Source of the DNA: Mytilus edulis
Taxonomy: Eukaryota
Direction of reading: 5' to 3'
DNA length: 64,000 bases
Assembly: GCF_963676685.1 (NCBI RefSeq)
Contig: NC_092347.1
Coordinates: forward strand, 91,760,001 to 91,824,000
In this document: piece by piece, positions 1 through 12,600 of the stretch
Layout: every line of letters starts with the position of its first letter
Position numbering within the stretch: the stretch's first letter is position 1
Translations under genes and position numbers: made by a program
Notes under the pieces: model-generated
What the model was told of the DNA's origin: nothing
The model's database searches: none
The model's input: only the letters and a program-made list of their open reading frames with translations

Positions 1-104
1 AAAGCTGAAGTTCATTTTAAAGTTTCGAAACTTCCTTATCATTCAATTTGACCTTAGACGACCGTGTTACAACATTTTACCTTATCAGCTAACGGGGCAA
101 CACA

Positions 105-1918
105 ATGGATAACTTAAGTTTCCTGATATGTATCGGTATGTCTGTTTAAGTTTGGTCGTTTTTTTTTTAATCATGCAAATTACTAACAAGTCTCGAAGCA
201 AAGCAAATATTTGAACTGTTAATTTATATACATTTACAACAAGTATTTTGATTTATCGCCTTGGCGACTACATGTTTTTATGAAATATGATTTTGCTTCC
301 ATTATAGCCTTTGTGTACTGTATTTGTGTTATTAAGATACCATACTATGTTGGCCAGTTCGTTTACAAGTACATCACGATATATATGTCAATTCAAGTCT
401 GAAAAAGTGCCATATATTATGCCATGTTATAAAGTGGCCAAAGACTACAAACAATTAAGACTTTGATGAAACGGAAGATCCTATATACATTTTTAGAATA
501 GGTGATTAAGTTGGGAAAACGTGTAATATGTATTAGTTGAAATTCGTCTTTGGACCATCTGTTTGTAACTACAAGAACTCGGATGCCTATTCTTTGTTGT
601 GTGTTATATTTTTTGTCTCGCTTATATTTAGTACGACTTCATAAAGCCGCTAGTGTTCTCTTCTCAATTGTTCCATATTTCAGTTAAATTGGTTATTTCA
701 AGGTCGTTCATAGTCTCACTGTACAGTTTACTTTGTAATTTGTTCGTTGTTGAAGGCCAACCTGTGACATGTATTGTCTTTTGGCTTTTTTCAGTCGTTG
801 TCTCGTTGTCAATCATAAACCGTGTCCTTATTATATATTTGTAAACACATGATCAATGACTTATGTTTTGTCCAATGAAACTATATTGATGTTTATTTAC
901 AGGATATTTGATTATTACTGCTGACACCTCACGTGAGTAACAATGAGTATTTAAAAGTAGACTTTTGTAAGTAAGAAAGAAGAAAGTAGGTAACTTTCTC
1001 TCTGTAGAAAATAAAACAAACAACGATGTGATTTTGTTTGCATTCATACTTTTTTTTATAAAAAGAATGAAACCCAACACATGCAAGATATATACTTTGC
1101 ATAATAAAACGTAGCATATCCAAACTTTATTATTCACTATTTTCCGTCGGGGAAAAAGTATTTACTAGTCTTTCTGCTTCTCCACTTTACACTCGGTATA
1201 TTTTTGCAAGAGCGAATACTGATCAACTGGAGTCCGAATGTTTATGAGCGAAAGATCAATTAAAGTTCTACAAAATAAAAACACAACAAAATTATCCAAT
1301 ATATAAAAACTAAAATGATTAAAAAGACTAGAAAACCAGAATAAGAACACTTTTTTTTTTTTTTTATCTATAGGGTCGATAAAAGGAGTAGGCATGATTT
1401 ACACAATCTCTGATTTAACAAAAATTATATATGTTTTTTTTTTTAATTCCTTTGACAAAGTTAATTCCCTTTAGTTATAATAATATTGAAGAAAAAAGCG
1501 AGAATTATTCATACCCCCTTTGCCTATGGTGACAATTATACAATTCTGCAATACGCAGTGTATTTTAATTTTGTTTCAGCTATTAATTCGATTAATGGAG
1601 TGATAATTAATGCAACTGTTCAGATAAAGATAGCCAACACAACCATTCCAACAACAAGTGAGTAAATATGTGTTTTTATTATTCGACAGAATGTTTATTA
1701 TATATATATGTGTTACAATTATAGCAACAACAATCCCAGGCTCTTTTCCTTAATTGTTTCCTACCGATTTAGACTTGTTACATATTTTGTTTTAATAAGC
1801 AACATGACGGGAGCCAAATACGGAAAAGTTTCTGCTTATGCCTTTTCGTAGCACCTGTTAAATCTGAATATGAATCTAAAAGGTAACTTCTAAGCTATGC
1901 AATTTCGAGTAGGTTTAC

Positions 1919-1951
<33 letters not shown>

Positions 1952-4900
1952 CACCATAAGTTATCAAATCCATACCCAACGAATTGAAATAAAAATCTCC
2001 GACCTAAGTTATAACATAGAGAAATAAATACCCGATTTTGCAAAAGTTTTATAGGGAACAAAAAAGCAATGACAAGAATAATTCTAAACTAAGGCTGTTT
2101 GAGCATTATGGGGTTGGGACGATCGTCGGCAAGACTTATTAAGTTTGTCGATGTGCATTTACAATCGGATATAAATAGGGAGCATGAGTTCAACAGTAAG
2201 CACGTGGAAAATTTTATTTGCTCTGTATTATTTCTGATAACAGATGAAATATAAATTCCTCAATTGCTTTCCCTGGGAAATACAAGTTTATTTGTCACAA
2301 TAAACAAATCAGAAGTTTGAGCATAATGGAGAGATGGATAAGACATTTTCGATTTTCTGTTAAGAGGAACTGTATGTAAGAATTAGAATGTTCCTTATTT
2401 ATTTAAAAAGAGCAAAAAATCTTTGAAAAAATATGATGTTATAGTTTAGATATAATTTTTGTCGGTATGCAAATAACTTAGATATCCAAGTAAATATAAA
2501 AGAAATAATAGATATTATTCAGATATTAGATCCAAACAAAGCATCTGGTCCTGATGTGATCAGTCATAAGATGCTAAAGCTGTGTCCAGAAAAGGTAGCA
2601 GTTCCGCTCCATATTATATTTAATAAATCCTCAAGAGAGGGGATATACCCAACTAGCTGGAAGATAGCTAATCTGATACCCATTTTCAAAAAGGGAGATT
2701 CATCTTTGCCATCAAATTATAGACCGATATCCTTAATTAGTTGTGTAGGAAAAGTTATGGAAAGAGTTGTGTTCAAGCACTTATACAATCATTTAAAAGC
2801 TAATAAATTAATTTATGAGTATCAATCAGGATTTCTCCCTAAAAATTCAACTGTTCATCAACTCTTAGAAATATATAATTGCATATAAAACTCCTTTGAA
2901 AAAAAGATATAAACTGTTTTGTATTCTGTGACTTCTCTAAAGCTTTCGACAAAGTTTGGCATAGGGGTCTTATATGTAAAATGAAAGCTTATGGTGTTGA
3001 CGGAAACGTATTGAATTGGTTTCAGGATTATCTACACGACAGACAACAGAGAGTAGTATTAAATAACTCGTCTTCTTCCTTCTGCAATGTCTCAGCTGGT
3101 GTTCCCCAGGGATCGCTTCTGGGCCCTCTTCTCTTTGTCTTATACATTAATGATATTGCTGATAAGCTTACTTCACTGTGTCGGCTATTTGCTGACGACA
3201 CATCATTCAATTATTCTGGTAACGACGGAGAACAGATTGAATCTGTTATCGATCGCGACTTGAAAGAGCTGGATGTTTGGTCTTCTAAATGGCTTATGTC
3301 ATTTAACCCAGATAAAACCGAAATTATGATTTTTTTTTCAAATATTGAGACTCCAGACCTTAGCTTTTCCTTAAATGGTAAATATATCTTTAAGTACATT
3401 TCATTAGCACCTGGGAGTTATTTTCAGTAGTGACACAAAATGGAACAATCATATTGAAAGTATAATTCTAAGTGTAAAGAAACACTTAAATGTTTTACGT
3501 AAACTTAAGTACCGATTATCTCGAAATAATTTAGAAAAACTATACTTAGTTTTTATTCCACCCATTTTTGAATATGCCACGGAAGTGTGGGATAATTGTG
3601 GAATAGGCTACTCACATAAATTAGAAAATTTGCAATTAGAGGCCGCAAGAATAGTAACAGGTCTACCAATATTTACAAAAACTGAAACTTTATATTCTGA
3701 GGTTGGTTGGGAATCTAGCTCTTTTTGAAAGAAGAAGGAGAAGAAAATTACAAATGTTTTATAACATGATCCAAAAGCATGCACCAGACTATCTATGTAA
3801 TCTTGTACCTCCTTGTGTACAAAGTACAACCAACTACCCGTTTCGAAATGGTCATGATATTATTGTTCCATTTTGTAGACTTTCCCTTACTACTGAATCG
3901 TTTTTTCCCTCAACTATACGTGAATGGAATAAACTTGATCCAAAAATTCGCAGTGTCGACTCTATTTCTAAATTTAAGAAAGAATTAAAAAACGATAGTC
4001 TATTATGTAAAATTGAAACGTTTTATTTGTACATCCCAAGGAAATTAAATATTATCTTAACGCAATTGCGATGTTCCGCTTCATTCTTAAACAATAACCT
4101 ATTTAGAGCTTATATTATAGATGATCCTTCTTGCCATTGTGGGTCCGATATTGAGGATGTCTACCATTACTTCTTAGTTTGTCCAAAATACAAAATTCAG
4201 ACACTTTGAAATGTCACTGAAATCCATTTTATTTCTTCTGAAATATAAGAAAAGTTAAAAACAAAAAACAAAAAACAGGAGAAGACGATGATATGACAAT
4301 TATTTAAAACAATACTATTCCTGAAAAAACATCAACAAAGATATGTATTCTCTGATACGTATATGGAACTATATGAACATTAATATTTTGTAACCATAGC
4401 TTTGTTTAATGACAGGTGTTCCTCCTCCTTGTCCACGAGATTTCTTAGGCCATAGTACATCATGTTATCATGCTGCTCATATCTTGGCAACATGGCCCGA
4501 GGCTGCGGTAAGTTTTTTTGTCAAGCCCTTTCTACCCCTTTTGCTTTTTATAAAAGAGTATAATATAAACAACCTTGTATAAAAGGTCACATTAGGGAGT
4601 AGATAAACTGGCCTTATCTAAAAGTTAAGCGTTGAATTGAGACCCAGAATGCCATAGACATTATTTCAGCAGGACAAGACCTGACAAGACAGGTTTAAGC
4701 TTAACACGTGTGAATTTTATAGCAGGTTTGACAAATTAAAATACACCAAAAAAGTCCTATTCACGTAGCAGACATTAATCTATGAAAATCCAGATAATGT
4801 GTTGCTTCGTTCCTGTTGCGTTAACATATATCTGAGCTCAGATCTGCACTTGGTGCCTTTTTGTTGTTGGGATGTACAAGTACTCGGCCACGTCCACTCT

Positions 4901-6837
4901 GTTTTAGTTAGATGTATTTTGTTTTTTTACCCATCTGATGAGTTAAGTCTTTTTCAACTGATTTTCATATGTTTGTTCTTATGTTGTACAGTTACACCAT
5001 TGTCCCAGGTTAGGTGAGGGTTGGGATCCGCTAACATGTTTACCCCGCTACTTTCTGTATGTATGTGCCTGACACATGTCAGGAGCCTGTAACTTAGTGG
5101 TTGTCGTTTGTTGCTGTGTTACATATTTTTTTTTTCGTTCATTGTTTTTGTTCGAATGGTTTTACGTTTGTGATTTCGAGGTCTTTTATACCTAACTATT
5201 CGGTATTGGATTTGCTCATTGTTGGACATTTTTTAATGTACATGTAATACAATTTTTCACATTTAACACTATTTAAGGCCTACTGTGAATCATTTGGTGC
5301 TGAGCTTGCAACTATCGAAGACGCACAAGAGCAAGCTTACATAGAACAAATGCTGAATGGCCTTCCTCGTAAGTCATATCAATAGTTATGTCGTCCAAAA
5401 AGGATTAATATGTATATATATAAAAAGAAGATGTGTAATGATTGCCAATGAGACAACTCTTCGCAAGAAAACAAATGGCATAGAAATTAGCAACTATAGG
5501 TCACCGTACGTCCTTCAGGATTTATTTCATTTTACTAAATTTAAATTAATTGGCATCGCAAGATTTACCATTTCACTTTTCTTTAGAACAATAAGGCTTG
5601 TAAATTTGTAGATTAAAGACAAACTACGAAATAGAGAGACAAAATAAGGGATAATTATCATATTCAGAAGGTCAACGTTATATATATGCGTGTGTAACCT
5701 CCACTTTCAACTTTTTTTCTTTTTTTTAAGTTGGAAAAATGGACGTGATAAATCATATTTTAGCATTGAAATCGGTCGTAATATCTTATTTGGCTTGTTA
5801 ACTGATTAAAGGCATAAGAAGAAAAAAATGTTCTTGTCCTCAACTAATCTTATAACCCATACACTCTCTTTCATTTACGAGTATCTTTAACCAGGTGCAA
5901 ACAGATTATCAAACACAATTCATTACGTTTATAAGGATTTCTTGTACATTACATATTAACTCATTTCTTTTAAGATGATAAAAACCAAGCAGCGTTCTGG
6001 CTAGGAGGTCATGATATATTAACAGAAGGGGAATGGCAATGGGTTATATCAATGAACAGAATCATTTACACCAATTGGGGTGACGGACAGCCGGACAACT
6101 CACATACATCCGAACATTGTCTGGAATTGTCCGGACAAAGATCATTCAAGTGGAACGATGATGGCTGTGAGGATCATCATTACTTCATATGTGAAACTGG
6201 GTTAGTATATTAGTTTTGGACATTGCATAGTCCAGAGGCGAATGTAGGTGGATCATCCCTCCTTTCCCATTGTTACATATATGGTTAATACATTCACTTT
6301 TTACTTTTACAAACCCAGTTCTAACGTTATCAAGCTGGGGATCCCCTATTTCTGATTTTTTTATGCGCACCTGCCAAAAAATGATTATAATTTTGTTGAT
6401 CAAATAACAATATAAACATACATAGTTATATTATACACCGGTACCTGTTACTGTAAGTATATGATATAGTTTTAGCAATAATATTGTATAGTGTACTTTT
6501 ACATGTTTTAGTTAATTTACTTTTGAAATGCATCTTTAATATTTATAGAATATTTTCGTTTAAATTGGGAATATATCTTTAAACATAATCATTACATTTC
6601 TGCATTATGTTGCAGACCATAATACTTGTATTCATGAAATATAGTAAAAACGCAGACGCTGATGAAAAAAAAAATAATAGTAGACTTTTCACGTGATGAA
6701 AAATTCGGATTGAGGGGAACCTCCTCTGACTTTACCAAAGAAACTTTTACAATTGATTTAGTTCGTATTGAAATCCTGTTTTGTTTTGTTGTTTCAGAAT
6801 CATTAAAAACGGTGGTAGTATACTTGGAAAGAAATGA
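105..6837 (+). CDS. Secreted C-type lectin (perlucin-like), paralogue 1, about 195 aa
   Basis: Phase-consistent GT-AG exons: 105-135 (MDNLSFLICI), 903-932 (GYLIITADTS), 1580-1657 (Thr-rich), 4416-4507 (VPPPCPRDFLGHSTSCYHAAHILATWPEAA), 5278-5368 (AYCESFGAELATIEDAQEQ), 5975-6200 (FWLGGHD..EGEWQW..YTNWGDGQPDN..EHCLE..WNDDGC..FICE), 6798-6837 (IIKNGGSILGKK*). Total 588 nt. Canonical CTLD cysteines with WIGL-like, QPD and WND motifs. The N-terminal exons are less certain than the CTLD exons. Confidence 0.88.
2466..4210 (+). mobile_element. 5'-truncated, frameshifted CR1/L2-group non-LTR retrotransposon (RT plus C-terminal Cys/His region) in an intron of lectin 1
   Basis: ORFs 2556-2888 (NYRPISL), 2981-3430 (GVPQGSLLGP, LFADD) and 3703-4209 (CHCGSDIEDVYHYFLVCPKY). 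DFSKAFD lies between the first two ORFs. Several frameshifts. Confidence 0.93.
4826..5225 (+). repeat. Interspersed repeat family B (PLE 3'-end-like), with a decayed twister core at about 5005-5090
   Basis: Homologous to 7565-8100 (-), 20700-21212 (+) and 46775-49140 (+, interrupted). Contains GAGGG-TTGGGATCC-AACATGTT-CCCCGC..CCTG..CAGGAGCCTG. Confidence 0.75.
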
Positions 6838-7564
6838 AGATACATGGATTACACATTTGTTATTATTGTTTATATGAAAAGTATATTGGGATGATGAACA
6901 TGTTAAAACCCAATAAATAGCGTCCACATACTCTAGGTCCACACAATTTAACTAGATAAAATGCCGGTTCCAAGTCAGAAATATGACAGTTGTTATCCAT
7001 TCGTTTGATGTGTTTTGGCTTTTGATTTTGCCATTTGATTACGGACTTCCTTTTTGAATTTTCCTCGGAGTTCAGTATTTTTGTGATATTACTTTTTGGA
7101 TACTAATTCAATTATTAAGACTCTTCAATAGACTTAACACATTAAACAGGTCGGTTAGCATACACGGCAGCGTCATAACTGTCACGACGTTAAAGAATAC
7201 TGTCAGCACAAACTTTCTGGCAGGAAAATAATAATATAAGATTCAGTGATTTCGTAGCTGTTCATCAGACCGAATAGCCATTAATGTTATACATAAATTC
7301 AACAGTAGTTTAACGGTGTTCAAAGGTCTTAAATCGACTGAGAGAAAACTAATCCGGGTTACAAACTAAAACCGTGGGAACCACTTCAACTATAAGAGGG
7401 AAAAAATGGAAATAGGAACACTGAAGTGCAACAAAATAAAAACTGAAAACATATATATAAACGATCTATTTTATAACAACTGCCATATTCCTGTTAAAAG
7501 ACACAGTTCCTATCAATGTATGTGCTCATTACATATAACAATGGAAATGATTATGTTACTTGCT

Positions 7565-8100
7565 CTCGGGTGGAGTCAGCTATAAAAGGCCCCGAAATGA
7601 CGAATTTAAAACAATTCAAACGAAAAAACTAGCGGCCTAGTTTATGTACACAAAATAAAGAACAACACATCAACAAACGACAACCGCTGAATTAGTCTCC
7701 TGATTTGACAACCACATACATACAGAATGAAGTGGGCTTAAACATGTAAGCGGGATCCAAACCCTATCCCTAACCTGAGACAGTGGTGTAACAGTACAAC
7801 ATAATAAAGAACTGTAAAAATCAGTTGAAAAAAGCTTAACTCATCAGATGGATAAAAATAGACATACATCTAACAAAAACACGGAGTGGCCATGGCCGGG
7901 TATTTGTATATACATGTACCAACAACAAATAATAAGTACTGATCTGAGAGTACTCGCAGTTACTGACAGATGGTTCAAAGCCAATAAATAACAATTAATA
8001 TAAAAATCATGCATCTAATACTAAATTATCAATCAGTACACATCCAACATCAAAAGGATTTAGTGAAAAGACGTCATAAAATGTCAGAGAAAAACATGAC
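7565..8100 (-). repeat. Family B repeat copy, inverted relative to 4826-5225
   Basis: Reverse-complement match to 4826-5225 (CATCTGATGAGTTAAG, GGATCCCGCT, GGGGCCTTTTATAGCTGAC). Confidence 0.75.
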
Positions 8101-8657
8101 CTATCTTTTTTTAATCTGTAAAGGCCAAATATAAGATCATATGTCGGAAATAATTCTAGTTTACTATATATGATTCACCATATCATATTTCGATATTTGT
8201 ACTTGGTTAATCTCCAAATACAAACATTCAACCATACACAACAATTTTAAAAGTATAAGTAAGTAAACCGAAAATGTGTGTTCCAATGTCTAAACAAACA
8301 TGTTGTAGAAGGTAAAGAGCTTCTTATCCTTGCTTGGTAGTAGTTTCGTAACTCATGGCACAGTAAAAAAAATCCAGACAAACATCTATAAAGAGAAAAG
8401 GGTGGACGATCTTTATAATGGCATAACTGCATGCGGAAGCTTTGACACAAATTAAAGGTTTAACATACTGGGTTCATGCATATTGTTAATAAAGCCATTC
8501 CGTTTGTTTTAAAGTAAACATGATATGATTTCTGTGCAACAACACTATGATTCTTGTATTATGGTTTTACTTTAATTTCCCGGTTTCAACTTGATAATTA
8601 TATAAATAAAAAAGAACGTAATTTGGATCCATCAAAAAGCTTGTAAGCAATTGCCAA

Positions 8658-9430
8658 ACTAGACGATTTTTATTTTAAAATTATCAATTTCCCCTCCTAA
8701 GTAGCAATATACAAACTTCACCTGCATATGGGATATACATTTCCCAACTTATTCGATATTCAAGAGCTTGCAGCAATTACTCAGACTTTGTAAAACGTCA
8801 TCAGTGTCTGAACAGAAAGTTGATGAACAAGGGGAATGTCAAAGAACGTCTCGTCCTTTTTTCTAAAAGAAAGTTCATCGGAAAGCATCTCAATTATTCT
8901 GTATCAACTTCACAAATTATACGCGATAGTCTTGAAGTATATATTCTGGGTACTGACGGTTGTTTTTCATCTTAATAGCGTGTTATAGTGTTCTTTTATC
9001 TGTCATTATTAATAATACTTTTACTGTTTAGTATGTTTTTGGTGGTATCTATTTTACGTGGCTCTGTTCTATTTATACCGTTACATATATTATTTCCAAT
9101 CTCTTTCAAGTAAATGCTTAAAATACATTGTTGAAACTTGACTATTACAAATGCTTCACTCATTTAAAATGTTACCTCCCTGAACCAAGGTCTACCCCTT
9201 TATACCTTCGTGAACCTACTTTTTTTTATTGTATGTGTCCATTCAAAGCCAGGATCATGTAATTCAGTTGCTTTCGTTGGTTGGTGTCTGCCATATTTGG
9301 TGTTGTTTATTGTTTATAGAAATATTCATGCCGTTTGGTTTCTGATTTGAGTGTCATCATATGTGTTATGCCTTGGCTTTTATAGCTTTCTATACGATAG
9401 GAGTCTTGCTCAATACATTGTTTCTATAGA
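8658..9430 (+). mobile_element. Decayed Penelope-like RT C-terminus followed by a degenerate 3' region
   Basis: Translates, with frameshifts, to DDFYFKIINFP..SSNIQTSPAYGIYISQLIRYSRACSNYSDFVKRHQCLNRKLMNKG, homologous to the 47770-48255 ORF. Confidence 0.8.
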
Positions 9431-9628
9431 TTATTTATTGTTGTGCAGCTTTGATTTTCCTATACAATAAATCTTGTATAACAAATATCCGATGCAAATA
9501 ATGACCTTGTGGCTTTTTGCTTTTATTCATGAAGGTCAAATAACTGTATATCGGTTAAGGTTTCAGAACATAAACACATCCCTTATCGTTACAATAATTT
9601 AACCTACTTTGATAGTTCATACACAATT

Positions 9629-12600
9629 ATGGTTAACAGCATGATGGCTTTCTTTTATTTCTTCTTACATATTGGTAAGAATTTATTTAATTTTTGGGTT
9701 ATTTCTTTTTAAATTCAGTGATAAACACGATAAAAAAGGATTGAATTTTTGTGAGAATATATTGATTTATATATTGTTGGGTACCAGTTTTATTATAAAT
9801 AATTTTGTGTTGAAAAATTGGTATATAATATCGTATAAAATAAGTCGAACAGAAATAGTTAAAGTTATCGTGTAAGATACATTGAATTTCAATAATAGCG
9901 CTATTAATTAGCGCTGAGAGAAAACAAAAAGATAAAACAAAAAGCAGAAAACAAATTTTTTTTTTTTTCAAATCCATCAAGATAATGCGTTCGACTTGTA
10001 GCATTACGGTATTGTGTTTACGACCGGTTTTGTTAGATTTTTATTACGATATAGTTGATACCTTGTTCATTTAACTCTATACAGATGTATAAAAAGTAAA
10101 ATCACAAAAATACTGAACTCCGAGGAAATTCGAAACGGAAAGTCTCTAATCTAATGGCAAAATCAAAAGCTAAAACACATCAAACGAATGGGAAACAACT
10201 GTCATTTTCCTGACTTGGTACAGGCATTTTGTTATGTAGAATATGGTGGAGTCAACCTGGTTTTATAGCTAGCTTAACCTCTCTTGTATGGCAGTCGCAT
10301 CAAACTCCATTATATTGACAACGATACGTATAAAAAAACAAACAGACATAATAGGTAAATATGTCAACTATACAGCAGTCAACATTGTGTTATATGAAAC
10401 ATTGTGTTATAATCGTAATCACTAAAAAAACAAACAAAACGATATGTAACAAAGAAGCATAAAATGGCATATAGACTAAGCATATCACCAAAAATTAAAG
10501 ACAAGAATACACACATTTGTCATCGCATATATGATTTCTGGCAACTGTACCAGGGGATGTCTTGCATTAGCATTGAGTTATGAGCTATTCCTCCATGTTG
10601 AAGGCTATGTGGTTGTAACCTTGTGAGATAAGTAATTGCAAAGTTCTGTTTCTTTGCTTTCTATTTTGTCATGTGGTTTTATAGGATATTTTGTCCGAGC
10701 ATGATATGTGAGTAAATTACGTCATTACGTTTACTGTCAAGGATGCATTTATTAATTTGAGAATATCAGTTATTGTTAATGAAAAATATGGCATCATTAC
10801 TAAAAATATCAGTTACATTAGGCAATGCACCAAATCAATTACAAAATGACAACAAATCATATCTATATTCCAGGGAATATCATGGTGGTCATATCAAGAT
10901 GTAAGTGTCAATATATAAATACTGGTATTATTTACTAGGACTACAAAATGGGTGTTTTATCATAAAATGAAACATTTTATTCTTTGAAACTGCAATAGTG
11001 CAACTATATTTTTTTCTGAATAAAATGTAGTAGATTATCTAAATCTATATATATTATAATCTGTTTGCATATAAATTAATTAAAGAAAGATAAATAAAAT
11101 GTAAAGAAAATAAAAAAGTGTGAGGGTATCCAGATATTTTCAGATTGCATTAATTGATAAAAAAAAATCGTGTGTAAACTAGGATTTTTCGCAATTGTTT
11201 TTTTTTTAACGCCGTTTATATCACTAAAATTTAGAATTTTAGAAATACTAAGGCTTCTCTACCTCAGGAATAGATTACCTGAGCTGTATTTGGCAAAGCT
11301 TTTAGGAATTCTGGTCCTCAATGCTCTTCAACTTCGTACTTTATTTGGCCTTTTAAACATTTTTTGATTCGAGCGTCCCTGATGAGTCTTTTGTAGACGA
11401 AAAGCGCGTTGGTGTAAATTTAAATGTTTAATCCTGGTATCTATGATGAGTTTATTCACACCCATAATAAGTTTGCGGATGACGGTCAAATTGAAAAAAG
11501 TAAACAGAGAGAATTAGAAATGTTTGAAGGCAACATTTTCTAATCTTGCATGGAACAATCTCGCATGTTTCTCGATAATCAACAATCGCCCTGATAAATG
11601 CATGCAGTAATATTTGAATGTTCTCTATAGAAGCAGTATTACTAACTTTACTTGTTGTTTATTTTAGCGACTTTGCCAAACATTGAAACGCCTATCCCAC
11701 CAAGTACAAGTCAGACATTGCCTAACATGGAGACACCATTTCCGCCTAGTACGGTACAATATTTACCAAACAAAGAAACGCCGTTTCCACCATCAACAGT
11801 TCAGCCACTGGGAGTCGTGACCAATGCCACTGATTCACCTACAACTACATGTAATAATAGTTGCTTTATTTATTAATGTTTTATTAACAGTATTTGATAA
11901 TAACATGTAATTTTGTAAATTACATATTTCGTTGTGTAGTCATTTGAATTTTTCAAACATTCTTCAATAAAATTCATTTATTATTGGCCAATACCGTGCC
12001 AAGTCAAACAAAATTCTAGATTACATCTATTGTTTTTACACTTTTTGTCAATTAAATCCCTTCTGTGTAATGATCATTTTGGTGTTCCTTGCCTCGCAGT
12101 GTGCATGGTAGATTTTCCAAAAGAGATTTGTAGAATTACCTATGATACAGCTACGACAAATCGAACATCCGTGGTCATTTGGGACACTTATTCTTGAGAC
12201 AAAAAGACTATGAACAAAAAATTTAAAAAAAATGCGCATTTTCAAAACTTACAGTCATTTTTTAAATAAATTTTGAAAATCTATGCACAATAGCTTCATA
12301 ATATGAAGCAATGTCTGAACGTTGATTGTAATATACTAAAATGACTATAAATACCTTTGAATTATGGATAAAAGTATAACGCACTATATCTTCTACATTA
12401 TCTTAACACGAAATTAAGATTGTGACGATTAATCTCAAAGTAGAGATTTTACAAAACCCAAGCGTCCACGTCATCATGAACTGTAGTAGCAAACATTACA
12501 GAAATTAAATAAACATTCTGCGATACAGTGCATTAGATGATCATATATAACAAGCTGATGTTCACATGACCCATTTTATTTTAAGATTTAATTATAAATA

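Noticed and set aside
1374-1739. Extra lectin 1 micro-exons at 1374-1391 (SIKGV) and 1725-1739 (TTIP)
   Set aside because: Good acceptors and frame-preserving lengths, but donors are non-canonical (GCATGA, GCTCTT). Left out of the model without transcript data.
1922-1950. Poly(A) run as a retrocopy tail
   Set aside because: No TSD or recognisable upstream body.
4934-4950. CTGATGAG in family B as a hammerhead
   Set aside because: No stem II followed by GAAA.
10700-10705. In-frame TGA as selenocysteine in lectin 2
   Set aside because: The exon also breaks the frame, and no SECIS was recognised in the 3' region.
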